Program-made: the position numbers and the translations under genes
In this document: positions 29,493-40,242 of the stretch, piece after piece
Layout of the letters: every line of letters starts with the position of its first letter
How positions within the stretch are numbered: the first letter of the stretch is position 1
Assembly: GCA_902525565.1 (NCBI GenBank)
Contig: CABZHY010000002.1
Coordinates: forward strand, 2,221-66,220
DNA: 64,000 nucleotides
Direction of reading: 5' to 3'
Source: an uncultured Pelagibacteraceae bacterium
GTDB taxonomy: Bacteria > Pseudomonadota > Alphaproteobacteria > Pelagibacterales > Pelagibacteraceae
Notes under the pieces: model-generated
Database searches by the model: none
The model's input: only the letters and a program-made list of their open reading frames with translations
What the model was told of the DNA's origin: nothing

Positions 29493-30359
29493 TTAACTTT
29501 TCTTTTTACCTTCTGTTCTTATGAACATTATACCAAAAACAATAATTCCTATTACACCAACAATTTTATTATAATCAAACGGTACACCAAAAATTAAGAA
29601 ATTAATAATTGTAGACCAAACTAATTGTGAATATTGGAAATTAGTGACAAATGACAAATTAGAAAGTTGTATTGCGTATATAATCAAAGAATGACTTACA
29701 AAACCTGCCACACCAAGAATTACTAAATAAAGCCAAAAGATATTCTTCTCTAATGGTACCCAGTTAAAAAATATAAAAATACTAAAAATTATTGCGCCTA
29801 AAATTGAAGTATAAAAAATAGCAGCAAATGGATCATTGTCACCTGATACAACTTTAGTAAAAAATTGATAAAGAGCCCAGCAAATTGGAGGAACAATAGG
29901 GAAAATTAAATCTAAACTAAATATTCTCATACTTGGACCTAAAGAATAAACAATCGAGCCAAAGCTCAATAACATTAAAAGTATACCCTTTGTACTTAAG
30001 ATATCTTTTAGAAAATATGCTGAGAGTAACGAGACGATTAAAGGAGCTGTAAAAAAAACAACATAAATATCTACCAAGTCAAATTTCTGTAAAGAATAAA
30101 ACATAAATGAGGTAGCAGTGACCATTAATATCGATCTAATTATTTGGACTTTAAAATTTTTTTTTAAATTTACTTTTGGCTTAAAAATTAAAAAAAATAT
30201 AATTAAAGATACTAAGTGAAAAAAAAATCTCCCCCAAATTGCTTGAGTAACTGGCATTACCGTTCCAAGATATTTTGCTGTAGAGTCCATACAAACAAAC
30301 ATGAAAAAACCACCAGCGGCTAATAAAATTACGTTAATTAAGGATGTTTGTTGAGGCAC
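29493..30359 (-). CDS. DMT/EamA-family transporter
   Basis: About 10 TM helices; MDSTAK, FTAPLIV, FQYSQLVW. Confidence 0.85.
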   Translation of the reverse strand: MPQQTSLINVILLAAGGFFMFVCMDSTAKYLGTVMPVTQAIWGRFFFHLVSLIIFFLIFKPKVNLKKNFKVQIIRSILMVTATSFMFYSLQKFDLVDIYVVFFTAPLIVSLLSAYFLKDILSTKGILLMLLSFGSIVYSLGPSMRIFSLDLIFPIVPPICWALYQFFTKVVSGDNDPFAAIFYTSILGAIIFSIFIFFNWVPLEKNIFWLYLVILGVAGFVSHSLIIYAIQLSNLSFVTNFQYSQLVWSTIINFLIFGVPFDYNKIVGVIGIIVFGIMFIRTEGKKKS

Positions 30360-30371
30360 AGGAAAAATAAA

Positions 30372-31877
30372 TTACATTACAACACCAACTTGCCAAGGAT
30401 TAAACTCCTCGTCACCGTAGCCGTTGATTTCACTTTTTGACTTATTCCCTGAAGCAGTATTTACAACTAATTCAAATATTTTTTTACCAACATCTTCAAC
30501 TTTTTCTTTTCCTTCAGCAATTGTACCACAATTAATATCCATATCTTCTGACATTCTTTCAAACATCGCTGAGTTTGTTGAAAGTTTTAAACTTGGAACT
30601 GGTTTACAACCAAAGCAAGATCCACGTCCTGTAGTAAAACAAATAACATTAGCACCTGATGCAACTTGACCGGTTACAGATACAGGATCATAACCAGGAG
30701 AGTCCATAAAATTAAAACCTTTATTTTTTAAAGGTTCAGCATAATGCAATACATCTTGAAGGATTGAGTTTCCTCCTTTTGCAACAGCGCCTAAGGATTT
30801 TTCTAATATAGTTGTTAGACCACCTTTTTTATTTCCTGGCGCAGGGTTGTTATCCATAGAACTGTTATTGATTGAAGTATAATGCTTCCACCATTCAATT
30901 CTTTTAATAAGTTTATCAGCGGTCTCTTGTGAGCTCGCTCTATTAATTAATAAATGTTCGGCTCCATAAATCTCTGGAGTTTCAGATAAAATTGAACTTC
31001 CACCTTTCTTAACCAAGAGATCTGCTGCAACTCCTAGTGCAGGATTTGCAGTTATTCCTGAATATCCATCCGAACCACCACATTGAAGAGCTAAAGTTAG
31101 ATGACTTACTGTTTGCGAAGTTCTTTGAACATTATTAGCTTCAGAGAGTAAATTTTTAATTTGAGATAATACTTTATCTACTATTTTTTTAGTTCCACCT
31201 TCATCTTGTATTGTTAGAAAATGAATTCGATTATGTTTTTTTAGAGATTCATCAAATAAACTGACTTGCGCACATTCACATCCTAAACCAATAACAAATA
31301 CATGAGAAAAATTAGGATGATTTTTAAATCCATCTATAGTTCTTTGGAAAATTTGCATTCCTTCACTTTCAGTATTCATTCCACATCCTGTTGAGTGAGT
31401 AATTGGTACTATGCCATCAATGTTAGGGTAATCTTTTAAAATGTCAGAATATTTAATCTTCTCAACTATCATTTTAGTGACAGTTGCTGAGCAATTAACA
31501 GTACTTACAATCCCAATGTAATTTCTAGTAGCAACCTGTCCATTATCTCTTAAAATTCCGTTAAAGAAGGTATCTGCTTTTTCATCAATAATATATTTTT
31601 TATCTGTGACTTTAAAATCTCTTTTAAATTCTCTAAATTCTAAATTGTGAGAATGGACATGTTGTCCAGGTTTAATATCATCTAATGCAAAACCAATAAT
31701 TTGATCATACTTAATGATTGGATCGCCTTTTTTAATAGTTTTTAAACAAACTTTGTGTCCAAAGGGGATTGGATCGATAGTACTAATCTCATGACCTTCA
31801 ATTTTAGTTTTTTCAGGAATTATAAATTGGCTAACGCCCACATTGTCATTCTTGTTTAAAACTATTAGATTATTCAT
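30372..31877 (-). CDS. UxaA-family dehydratase (altronate/galactarate dehydratase-like, with SAF domain)
   Basis: IPFGHK, HVHSHN, TRNY, LQCGGSD, NPAPGNKKGGLTTILEKSLG. Start taken at MNNLIV. Confidence 0.85.
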   Translation of the reverse strand: MNNLIVLNKNDNVGVSQFIIPEKTKIEGHEISTIDPIPFGHKVCLKTIKKGDPIIKYDQIIGFALDDIKPGQHVHSHNLEFREFKRDFKVTDKKYIIDEKADTFFNGILRDNGQVATRNYIGIVSTVNCSATVTKMIVEKIKYSDILKDYPNIDGIVPITHSTGCGMNTESEGMQIFQRTIDGFKNHPNFSHVFVIGLGCECAQVSLFDESLKKHNRIHFLTIQDEGGTKKIVDKVLSQIKNLLSEANNVQRTSQTVSHLTLALQCGGSDGYSGITANPALGVAADLLVKKGGSSILSETPEIYGAEHLLINRASSQETADKLIKRIEWWKHYTSINNSSMDNNPAPGNKKGGLTTILEKSLGAVAKGGNSILQDVLHYAEPLKNKGFNFMDSPGYDPVSVTGQVASGANVICFTTGRGSCFGCKPVPSLKLSTNSAMFERMSEDMDINCGTIAEGKEKVEDVGKKIFELVVNTASGNKSKSEINGYGDEEFNPWQVGVVM

Positions 31878-31923
31878 AAATTTATTATATAACCAATAAC
31901 TTAAACAAACCATTATTTAAATT

Positions 31924-33708
31924 ATGCCTAAAAAAAGAAAAAAGAGTTTCCGAAGTCAACAGTGGTTCAATAATCCAAAAAACCCTGACATGACGGCCTT
32001 ATATCTAGAAAGGTATTTAAATTATGGTCTTACAAGAAAAGAATTACAATCTGGCAATCCAATTATAGGAATAGCACAATCTGGCAGTGATCTATCTCCA
32101 TGCAATAGACATTTCATGTCTTTGAGTAAAAGAATTAAAGATGGAATTAGAAGAGCAGGTGGCATACCAATGGAATTTCCTACTCACCCAATTCAAGAAA
32201 CTGGAAAAAGACCGACAGCAATGTTGGATAGAAATCTTTCTTACTTGTCATTAGTTGAAGTTTTGTATGGATACCCAATTGATGGAGTTATCTTAACAAC
32301 AGGATGTGATAAAACTACTCCGGCAGCTTTAATGGCAGCTGCTACAGTAAACATTCCTGCAATAGTTTTATCAGGCGGTCCAATGTTAGATGGAGTTTAT
32401 AAAGGAAAATTAGCTGGTTCAGGAATGGTTGTTTGGGAAGCAAGAAAAATGTTAGCTAAAGGAGAAATTAAATACGAAGAATTTATGGATATGGTTGCAT
32501 CTTCTGCACCGAGTGCAGGACATTGTAATACAATGGGAACAGCTTCTTCAATGAACTCTGTTGCTGAAGCATTAGGTATGTCTTTACCAGGGGGTGCTGT
32601 TATTCCAGCTCCTTATAGAGAAAGAGAACAAATTTCTTATGAAACAGGAAAAAGAATTGTTGAAATGGTTCATGAAGATCTAACCCCATCAAAAATTATG
32701 ACACGTAAAGCTTTTGAAAACGCAGTAGTAGTTGCAAGTGCTATTGGTGGATCTAGTAATTGCACAGCTCATCTAAGTGCTATTGCAAAACATATGGGAA
32801 TTAAATTTGATCTTTCTGATTGGCAAAAACTTGGGCACAACATTCCTTTATTAGTAAATTGCCAACCTGCAGGAGAATACTTAATGGAAAGTTTTCACAG
32901 AGCTGGAGCAATACCTGCGGTAATGAAAGAATTAATTAAAAACAAAAAAATTCATACAAAAATAAAGACAGTTACAGGAAAAACTGTAGGAGAAAATTTA
33001 AGAAAGAAAGTTGATGTAGATAACAAAGTAATTAAAACATTTAAGAATGCATTGACTGAAAAAGCTGGTTTTTTAGTTATGAAAAGCAACTTTTTCTCAT
33101 CTGCTATTATGAAAACATCTGTAATTAGTAAAGAATTTAGAGATCAATATCTATCAAACCCTAACCACCCAAATGTTTTTGAATGTAAAGCTATAGTTTT
33201 TGAAGGTCCTGAGGATTATCACAAAAGACTTAATGATAAGAACTTAAAAATAGATGAGAACTCTCTATTAATTATTAGAGGCTGTGGACCTGTTGGTTAT
33301 CCTGGATCAGCCGAAGTAGTTAACATGCAACCACCAGATAAATTATTAAAAAAAGGAATAAGACATCTACCAACTTTGGGTGATGGAAGACAAAGTGGAA
33401 CATCAGAAAGTCCGTCAATTTTACATGTTTCACCAGAATCTGCAGTAGGCGGAGATCTTGGAATTGTTAAAACTTACGATAAAATAAAAATAGACTTAAA
33501 TAAAAGAAGAGTTGATTTATTGATTTCTCAAGCTGAGTTTAAAAAACGAAGAAAAAATAAAAAAGTATTTAAACCAAATAATCAAACTCCTTGGCAGGAA
33601 ATATTTAGAAATACTGTTGGTCAATTGGAGGATGGTGCATGCATTAATTCTCGAGGCAAATATTTAGACGTATCACATACCAAAGGTTTACCAAGAGATT
33701 CTCACTAA
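31924..33708 (+). CDS. IlvD/Edd-family sugar-acid dehydratase (xylonate dehydratase XylD-like)
   Basis: FRSQQWF..P..PDMTALYLERY, PCNRH, GCDKTT, CNTMGTAS, DGRQSGT. Confidence 0.85.
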   Translation: MPKKRKKSFRSQQWFNNPKNPDMTALYLERYLNYGLTRKELQSGNPIIGIAQSGSDLSPCNRHFMSLSKRIKDGIRRAGGIPMEFPTHPIQETGKRPTAMLDRNLSYLSLVEVLYGYPIDGVILTTGCDKTTPAALMAAATVNIPAIVLSGGPMLDGVYKGKLAGSGMVVWEARKMLAKGEIKYEEFMDMVASSAPSAGHCNTMGTASSMNSVAEALGMSLPGGAVIPAPYREREQISYETGKRIVEMVHEDLTPSKIMTRKAFENAVVVASAIGGSSNCTAHLSAIAKHMGIKFDLSDWQKLGHNIPLLVNCQPAGEYLMESFHRAGAIPAVMKELIKNKKIHTKIKTVTGKTVGENLRKKVDVDNKVIKTFKNALTEKAGFLVMKSNFFSSAIMKTSVISKEFRDQYLSNPNHPNVFECKAIVFEGPEDYHKRLNDKNLKIDENSLLIIRGCGPVGYPGSAEVVNMQPPDKLLKKGIRHLPTLGDGRQSGTSESPSILHVSPESAVGGDLGIVKTYDKIKIDLNKRRVDLLISQAEFKKRRKNKKVFKPNNQTPWQEIFRNTVGQLEDGACINSRGKYLDVSHTKGLPRDSH

Positions 33709-33709
33709 T

Positions 33710-34678
33710 ATGAAGCCAAAAATATTAGTTTCTAGAAAAATCTCAGATTTAGCAGAAGAAAAACTTCAAAAAGAATTTGAAGTAACCCTCAATCCAAAAG
33801 ACGAGCCTATTCCAGAAAGCGAATTAATAAAAATTGTTAATGATTATGACGGAATGATTTCAACAGGTTTTGATAAAATTAGTGTAAATTTTTTTTCAAA
33901 TTTAAATGGCAAATTAAAAATTATAGCTCAAGTAGGCGTTGGTTATGATAATATTTCAATTAAATCTGCCGAGGAAAAAAAAATTAAAGTAACAAATACT
34001 CCCAATGTGTTAAATGAGGCAGTAGCTGAAACTACTATACTTTTGATTTTAGCTGCATCTAGAAGAATTGGTGAAGCCTATAATCTAGTTAGAGCAGACA
34101 ATTGGAAAAATCAAAAACCAGATTTAACTAAATTTATGATTGGAAATTCTGTTACAGGCAAAACTTTAGGCATCATTGGTATGGGTCGTATCGGTAGAAT
34201 GGCTGCAAAATTTGCTAAAGCATTTGGTATGAAGATTATTTATTACAATAGAAATAAACTTTCTGATGATCTAGAAGATGGTGCAAAATATTATTCTGAT
34301 ATAATGACAATGTTACCAGAATGTGATTTTTTAAGTATTCATACACCAGCAACAGCTGAGACTAAACATATTCTTAATTCATCAACAATAAGTTTGTTAC
34401 CCAAACATGCTGTAGTTATTAATACCTCAAGAGGATCAACTATTGATGATGATGCATTGATAGATGCATTAGAAAATAAAAAAATTTATGCAGCAGGTTT
34501 AGATGTTTTCAATAATGAACCAAATTTAGACAGTAGATATTTAAAATTAGATAACTGTTTTGTTCTACCTCATATCGGAAGTGCAACACACGAGACAAGA
34601 TTGGCAATGAGTATGATGGCAGTGGATAATATTTATTGTTATTTCAATAAAAAACCTCTTATTTCAGAAGTAGTTTAG
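33710..34678 (+). CDS. D-2-hydroxyacid dehydrogenase (glyoxylate/hydroxypyruvate reductase, D-glycerate dehydrogenase-like)
   Basis: GVGYDN, VTNTP, GIIGMGRIG, NTSRG, GLDVF.NEP, PHIGSAT. Confidence 0.9.
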   Translation: MKPKILVSRKISDLAEEKLQKEFEVTLNPKDEPIPESELIKIVNDYDGMISTGFDKISVNFFSNLNGKLKIIAQVGVGYDNISIKSAEEKKIKVTNTPNVLNEAVAETTILLILAASRRIGEAYNLVRADNWKNQKPDLTKFMIGNSVTGKTLGIIGMGRIGRMAAKFAKAFGMKIIYYNRNKLSDDLEDGAKYYSDIMTMLPECDFLSIHTPATAETKHILNSSTISLLPKHAVVINTSRGSTIDDDALIDALENKKIYAAGLDVFNNEPNLDSRYLKLDNCFVLPHIGSATHETRLAMSMMAVDNIYCYFNKKPLISEVV

Positions 34679-34803
34679 AACAACCATAAGTTGTCTGTTC
34701 AATGAATATATATAATTTCTATATATAAAAGTTAAACGAAATTATTGATCTCAAAAATCATTTATGGTTAACTTTCAAAAAAAACATAAACGAGAGGAAG
34801 ATA

Positions 34804-35820
34804 ATGTTTAAACTTATATCTAAAACTATAGCAGCTGTAGCTATTGTTTCAGTGGCTTTATTTGGCTCTGCAAATGCAAAGACTTTAAAGATTGAAACTC
34901 ACTTTACAGCTAGTTCACCAAATGGTGAAGTTGCTGCTCAATTCGCTAAAAACGTTGAAATGTTTTCTGGTGGAAGCTTAAAAATAGAAATGTTCTACTC
35001 ATCATCAGTAACAGGTAAGTCAGCTGAGGTATTTAACTCTGCACAAACTGGAATTATTGATTGTGATATGACTGGTGCAGGTTACCAAACAGGTAAAAAT
35101 GCAGCATTCCAATTCGCAGGTGATGTAATGGGTGGATACGATAACCCATATCAACAATATGAATTCTTGAATTTCCCAGGAGCTCAAGAAGCTGTTGATG
35201 CACTTTACAACAAATATGGAATGACATTAATCGGTTGGTGGATACCAGGACACGAGTCTTTAATATCTAGCAGACCAATTCCAGATGTTGCTTCATTAAA
35301 AGACTTTAAATTTAGATCACCTCCAGGAATGGAAAGTATGATCTTTACAGCATTAGGTGCTAAACCAATCGTAATGGACTTTGGTGAAGTTCCAACTGCT
35401 TTACAAACTGGTCTAATTGATGGTGCTGACTATTCATCTTTAGCTACTAACTATGCAGGTGGACACTATGAGCAAAATAAATATGCTACATACCCAGGTT
35501 TCCACTCTATGCCAGCTGACCACTTAGCTTGTAACACAAAAGTATGGAACAAGTTAAAGCCTCATGAAAAAGGTGCAATGAAAGCAGGTATTGAAATTGC
35601 TGGAAGAACTATCACTAGCTTAGTTGAGAGAAAAAACGCAGAAGCTGTTAAAGCTTTAAATGAAATGGGCGTTACTCTTCATGACTGGTCTAGAGAAGAT
35701 AGACTTAAATTCAGACAAGCTGCTCTAGCTGCTTGGGAAGAATGGAAGACTAAATCTCCAGAAGCTGCAGCACTTATTGAGATACACAAAGCTTATATGA
35801 AAGCTAACGGTATCATGTAA
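34804..35820 (+). CDS. dctP: TRAP transporter substrate-binding protein
   Basis: Signal peptide, strong SD, KFRSPPG with the conserved Arg, ALQTGLIDGAD. Confidence 0.9.
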   Translation: MFKLISKTIAAVAIVSVALFGSANAKTLKIETHFTASSPNGEVAAQFAKNVEMFSGGSLKIEMFYSSSVTGKSAEVFNSAQTGIIDCDMTGAGYQTGKNAAFQFAGDVMGGYDNPYQQYEFLNFPGAQEAVDALYNKYGMTLIGWWIPGHESLISSRPIPDVASLKDFKFRSPPGMESMIFTALGAKPIVMDFGEVPTALQTGLIDGADYSSLATNYAGGHYEQNKYATYPGFHSMPADHLACNTKVWNKLKPHEKGAMKAGIEIAGRTITSLVERKNAEAVKALNEMGVTLHDWSREDRLKFRQAALAAWEEWKTKSPEAAALIEIHKAYMKANGIM

Positions 35821-35827
35821 TAAAAAA

Positions 35828-35860
35828 AATTTTGGAGGGCCTGTAAAGGCCCTTCGAATT
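35828..35860. terminator. GC-rich stem-loop after dctP (mRNA stabiliser or partial terminator)
   Basis: GGAGGGCCT-GTAA-AGGCCCTTC with a GNRA loop; A-tract upstream, no U-tract on the + strand. Confidence 0.6.
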
Positions 35861-35877
35861 ACCTAAATTTTTACGCA

Positions 35878-36447
35878 ATGATCGATAAAGAATTACAAGA
35901 ACAAAATCAAAAAGTTGCGAGTAAAGATGATTTTCCAATAAATTGGATTGATAGAGTTTCCTTATTTTTAAGTCACACAGTCAAATATTTAATACCTGTA
36001 ATTGTAATTGTGATGATGTATGAAATTTTTATGAGATATGTATTGTTTAAACCAACTTTATGGGCGAATGAACTATGCTTATGGTTGGCTGGAGTTTGTT
36101 ATTTAGTTGGTGGAATATATGCAACAAGATTAAGAAGTCATATTAGAATAGTATTGTTATATGATTGGGTTAGTAGACCTACACAGAGAATTTTTGATCT
36201 AATTAGTACTTTAATTATTGTTCTTTTTGCAGCAGCAGTAATTTATGGAGGCATGGAAGATGCATACAGATCTTTTATAAATTGGGAGAGATTTGCAACT
36301 TATTGGGATCCACCAATTCCTGCTACTATGAAGCCACTAACACTTTTATGTGTTTTTCTTATTGCTGTTCAATCTGTAAATAATTTGATTATTGATTGGA
36401 GAAATCCTAAAGAAAAACAATACGACCCTTCTAAAGAATTGAAATAA
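35878..36447 (+). CDS. dctQ: TRAF/TRAP transporter small permease
   Basis: Four TMs; YEIFMRY, PTLWANE, HIRI. Confidence 0.9.
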   Translation: MIDKELQEQNQKVASKDDFPINWIDRVSLFLSHTVKYLIPVIVIVMMYEIFMRYVLFKPTLWANELCLWLAGVCYLVGGIYATRLRSHIRIVLLYDWVSRPTQRIFDLISTLIIVLFAAAVIYGGMEDAYRSFINWERFATYWDPPIPATMKPLTLLCVFLIAVQSVNNLIIDWRNPKEKQYDPSKELK

Positions 36448-36448
36448 A

Positions 36449-37765
36449 ATGGATATAGGATCACTTTCGATAATACTTATAGTAGGATTATTATTACTTA
36501 TATCTATAGGTGTCCCAATGGGTTTTGCATCTGGTTTTATGGGTGCAGTACTAGTATTTTTATACATAGGTGAACATGCACTAGGTATATTACTTTCAAG
36601 ATACTATTCTCTTGTTGTCACTTATTCCTTTTTATCTGTTCCATTATTTATATTTATGGCCTCCTTGCTCGAACGTTCGAACATCGCAAGAGATCTTTAT
36701 GACGCTTTAAATGCGTGGTTAAGAAAGACTAGAGGTGGAGTAGGAGTCGTTACTGCCATCATGGCAACAATTATGGCGGCGATGAGTGGAATTATTGGTG
36801 GAGAAATAGTTTTATTAGGTTTGATTGCACTGCCTCAAATGTTGAGATTAAAATATGATCAAGATATGTCGATTGGTATAATTTGTGCATCAGGATCTTT
36901 GGGAACAATGATACCACCCTCAATTGTTTTAATTATTTATGGATTAACAACAGAGACTTCTATTACAATGTTATTCCAAGAAGCCATTGTTCCTGGTTTA
37001 ATGATTTCAGGTTTAATTATTACATACATTTTAATTCGTACAAGATTACAACCGCATTTGGCACCTTTAAGTGATGAGCCTGCTTTAACTTTAAAAGAAA
37101 AAATGTCATACCTCCCAGGTCTTTTACCACCTATTGGTATTGTAATAATTGTATTAGGTTCAATTTATTCTGGAATGACAGGAATAACAGAAGCAGCTGG
37201 TATGGGAGTAGTTGCTACATTAATTATAATTTTTGCAAGAAAAGAACTTACGTGGTTTTTATTTAAAGATGCATTAACAAGAACTTTTAAAGCATCAGGA
37301 ACTATTTTAACTATTACTTTTGGTGCTACAGTTTTAGCAGGTGCTTATTCTCTTGCCGGAGGTCCTAAATATGTAGCAGAAACTATTTTAGCTTATGATT
37401 TAAAACCAATGTATTTAATCTTCATGATGCAGATTATGTTTTTGATTATGGGAGCATTTATGGATTGGGTTGGAATTGTATTGTTAGCAATGCCCGTATT
37501 TTTACCAATAGTTATAGCTCTTGGATTTGATCCAATTTGGTTTGGAATATTATTTTGTGTAAATATGCAAGTTTCATTTTTAAGTCCACCGTTTGGGCCT
37601 GCCGCTTTTTATTTAAAATCTGTTGCTCCTCCACATATTTCATTAACAGATATATTTAGAGGTTTTGCTCCATTTATAGTTATTCAGTTAATTGTATTAG
37701 CATGTGTTATGTTTTTCCCAGAAGCAATGACACAAAACTTCCACGAGTTTAAACCGAAACCATGA
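36449..37765 (+). CDS. dctM: TRAP transporter large permease
   Basis: VPLFIFMA, GSLGTMIPPS, SFLSPPFG. Confidence 0.93.
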   Translation: MDIGSLSIILIVGLLLLISIGVPMGFASGFMGAVLVFLYIGEHALGILLSRYYSLVVTYSFLSVPLFIFMASLLERSNIARDLYDALNAWLRKTRGGVGVVTAIMATIMAAMSGIIGGEIVLLGLIALPQMLRLKYDQDMSIGIICASGSLGTMIPPSIVLIIYGLTTETSITMLFQEAIVPGLMISGLIITYILIRTRLQPHLAPLSDEPALTLKEKMSYLPGLLPPIGIVIIVLGSIYSGMTGITEAAGMGVVATLIIIFARKELTWFLFKDALTRTFKASGTILTITFGATVLAGAYSLAGGPKYVAETILAYDLKPMYLIFMMQIMFLIMGAFMDWVGIVLLAMPVFLPIVIALGFDPIWFGILFCVNMQVSFLSPPFGPAAFYLKSVAPPHISLTDIFRGFAPFIVIQLIVLACVMFFPEAMTQNFHEFKPKP

Positions 37766-38631
37766 TGAAAATAGGCTTTATTGGAACAGGTCTTATGGGC
37801 CTGCCAATGGCTAAAAATTTATTAAAATCAGATTTTAAACTAAAAGTATTCAATCGTTCAATTAATAAAGCAGAACCTTTGAAAGAGTTTGGCGCTGAAA
37901 TATCAAAAACTTTAGGTGAAGTTGTAAAAGATAATGACTTTATTATTACAATGTTAACAGATGATGGAGCTGTTGATGCAATAATGAATAATTCAGATTT
38001 TTTAGAAAATTTAAAATCTGGATCAACTGTTATTGATATGAGTTCAGTTAAACCAACAACAGCAACAAAATATGGAAACAGTCTTAAATCAAAAAATATA
38101 AATTATTTAGATGCACCAGTTTCAGGAGGAACTATTGGAGCTGAAGAAGCCTCTTTAGCTATAATGGTTGGAGGAGAGCAAAGTGTCTTTGATAATTCTA
38201 TAAATATTTTAAAAGCTATGGGACAACCAACTTTAGTTGGACCTATTGGCAGTGGGCAAGTTTCAAAGTTAGCAAATCAAATTGTGGTAGGGGTTACCAT
38301 AGGAGCGGTTGCAGAGGCAATAACTTTGTGTGAAAAAGCTGGTGCTGACCCATTAAAACTAATCAAAGCTCTTTCTGGAGGTTGGGCTGATAGTAAAATT
38401 TTACAAACTCATGGAAAAAGAATGATAGATAAAGATTTTACTCCAAAAGGTAAAACATTTACCCATTTAAAAGATATGAATAACATTTTAGAGTGTGCAA
38501 ATTCATATAATACACATTTACCTATTTCAAATTTAGTGAAAGAAATGTATAAAACCCTTGTCGATAATGGTCATGGAAACACTGATCATAGTTCACTTTA
38601 CAATGAAATCGAAAGGATAAATAAAAAATGA
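37762..38631 (+). CDS. 2-hydroxy-3-oxopropionate (tartronate semialdehyde) reductase-like
   Basis: GFIGTGLMG.PMA, DAPVSGG, KLANQ. Confidence 0.85.
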   Translation: MMKIGFIGTGLMGLPMAKNLLKSDFKLKVFNRSINKAEPLKEFGAEISKTLGEVVKDNDFIITMLTDDGAVDAIMNNSDFLENLKSGSTVIDMSSVKPTTATKYGNSLKSKNINYLDAPVSGGTIGAEEASLAIMVGGEQSVFDNSINILKAMGQPTLVGPIGSGQVSKLANQIVVGVTIGAVAEAITLCEKAGADPLKLIKALSGGWADSKILQTHGKRMIDKDFTPKGKTFTHLKDMNNILECANSYNTHLPISNLVKEMYKTLVDNGHGNTDHSSLYNEIERINKK

Positions 38632-39371
38632 GCAGAAGATTAGAAGGTAAAAAAATCCTCGTAACAGCAGCAGGCCAAGGGATTGGAAAAGCAACAGCAA
38701 TAGCATTTCATAAAGAGGGTGCTCATGTAACTGCTACCGATTTAAATGATAAAACTTTAGGTGATTTAAACAAAGAATATCCTGAGATTAAAGTGCAAAA
38801 GTTAGACTCAACAGACAACAATGCAATTTTAGAGTTTACTAAAACTTTAGATAGAGTTGATGTTTTATTTAATGCTGTTGGATTTGTTCATCATGGAACC
38901 ATATTAGAATGCGATGAAAAAGATTGGGATTTTTCTTCTAATGTAAACGTCAAGTCGATGTACTTTATGTGTAAAGCTATTTTACCTTTAATGATCAAAC
39001 AAAAAGGTGGAAGTATTATTAATATATCTTCATGTGCATCTAGCTTTAAAGGTTTTCCTAATAGATTTGTTTACGGAACAACAAAGGGTGCAGTGATTGG
39101 TTTAACAAAGGCGATTGCAGCAGATTTCGTTAAAAAAAATATTAGATGTAATTCAATTGCGCCAGGTACAGTTTATTCGCCTTCATGGCAAGATAGGGTC
39201 AATCAAAGCCCAGATCCTGTCCAAGCAAAAAAAGATTTTATAGCAAGACAACCTATGGGAAGATTAGGTACAGCAGAAGAAATAGCAGCTGTGGCTGTTT
39301 ATTTAGCTAGCGATGATGCAACATTTACAACAGGAAGTACAATTCATGTTGATGGTGGAATTTCAATATAA
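38628..39371 (+). CDS. SDR oxidoreductase, 2-keto-3-deoxy-L-fuconate dehydrogenase/BDH2-like
   Basis: TAAGQGIG, GFVHHGTILEC, NRFVYGTTK, FIARQPMGRLG. Confidence 0.8.
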   Translation: MSRRLEGKKILVTAAGQGIGKATAIAFHKEGAHVTATDLNDKTLGDLNKEYPEIKVQKLDSTDNNAILEFTKTLDRVDVLFNAVGFVHHGTILECDEKDWDFSSNVNVKSMYFMCKAILPLMIKQKGGSIINISSCASSFKGFPNRFVYGTTKGAVIGLTKAIAADFVKKNIRCNSIAPGTVYSPSWQDRVNQSPDPVQAKKDFIARQPMGRLGTAEEIAAVAVYLASDDATFTTGSTIHVDGGISI

Positions 39372-39392
39372 TTAAATAACAAAAGGATAAAT

Positions 39393-40235
39393 ATGAAATT
39401 ATTAAGAATAGGACAAAAAGGAAGTGAAAAGCCAGCTATTATGGATAAGGATGGTAAAATTAGGGATATAAGCTCTCATATTAAGGATTTAAATCCTGAT
39501 TTTTTAAACTTTGAGACTTTTGCAAAGTTACAAAATGCTGATTTATCAAATTTACCTGAATTATCCTCAAAGGAAAGAATAGGCTCTTGTATAACTAGCC
39601 CACGTAAGTTTATAGCTATAGGCCTTAATTATTCAGATCATGCTGCTGAAGTTGGTGCTGATATTCCAAAAGAACCAATAGTTTTTATGAAGGCAACTAG
39701 CTGTATAGTTGGACCCAACGATGATGTTGAAATAGTTTCTGGATCAAAAAAATTAGACTGGGAGGTAGAGCTTGGTATTGTAATTGGTAAAGAAGCTAAA
39801 CATATTTCAGAAAATCAATCTCAAGATCATATTTTAGGTTATTGTTTAGTAAATGATGTAAGTGAACGTGAGTGGCAACTTGAAAAAATGGGACAATGGG
39901 TTAAAGGAAAATCTCATGACACTTACGGCCCAGTTGGTCCACATTTGGTTACAAAAGATGAAATATCAGACGTTAATAATTTAAAAATGAGCTTGGATGT
40001 AAATGGAAAAAGAATGCAAACAGGTAATACAAGTACGATGATATTTAATGTTGATGTGATAGTATCTTATTTGAGTAAATATATGACACTTTTACCAGGG
40101 GATATTATTACAACTGGGACACCTCCAGGAGTAGGAATGGGAATGAAGCCACAGCAGTTCTTACAAGCTGGTGATATGATGAAATTATCAGTTGAAAACT
40201 TAGGAGAGCAAAACTCAAAGGTAGTTGCTTTATAA
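39393..40235 (+). CDS. Fumarylacetoacetate hydrolase-family protein (2,4-diketo acid hydrolase-like)
   Basis: IGLNYSDH, DWEVELG, NDVSER, TGTPPGVG. Confidence 0.88.
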   Translation: MKLLRIGQKGSEKPAIMDKDGKIRDISSHIKDLNPDFLNFETFAKLQNADLSNLPELSSKERIGSCITSPRKFIAIGLNYSDHAAEVGADIPKEPIVFMKATSCIVGPNDDVEIVSGSKKLDWEVELGIVIGKEAKHISENQSQDHILGYCLVNDVSEREWQLEKMGQWVKGKSHDTYGPVGPHLVTKDEISDVNNLKMSLDVNGKRMQTGNTSTMIFNVDVIVSYLSKYMTLLPGDIITTGTPPGVGMGMKPQQFLQAGDMMKLSVENLGEQNSKVVAL

Positions 40236-40242
40236 TTTTGTT

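Noticed and set aside
30372-31877. Sulfolactate sulfo-lyase SuyAB, given the HpsN-like gene in the window
   Set aside because: It is a single fused polypeptide in a sugar-acid context, which fits a UxaA/GarD-type dehydratase better; not excluded without a phylogeny.
34680-34730. ACAAC-CATAA-GTTGT and TATATATA-N5-TATATATA palindromes upstream of dctP
   Set aside because: Short or low-complexity in very AT-rich DNA; could be operators but cannot be supported from the sequence alone.
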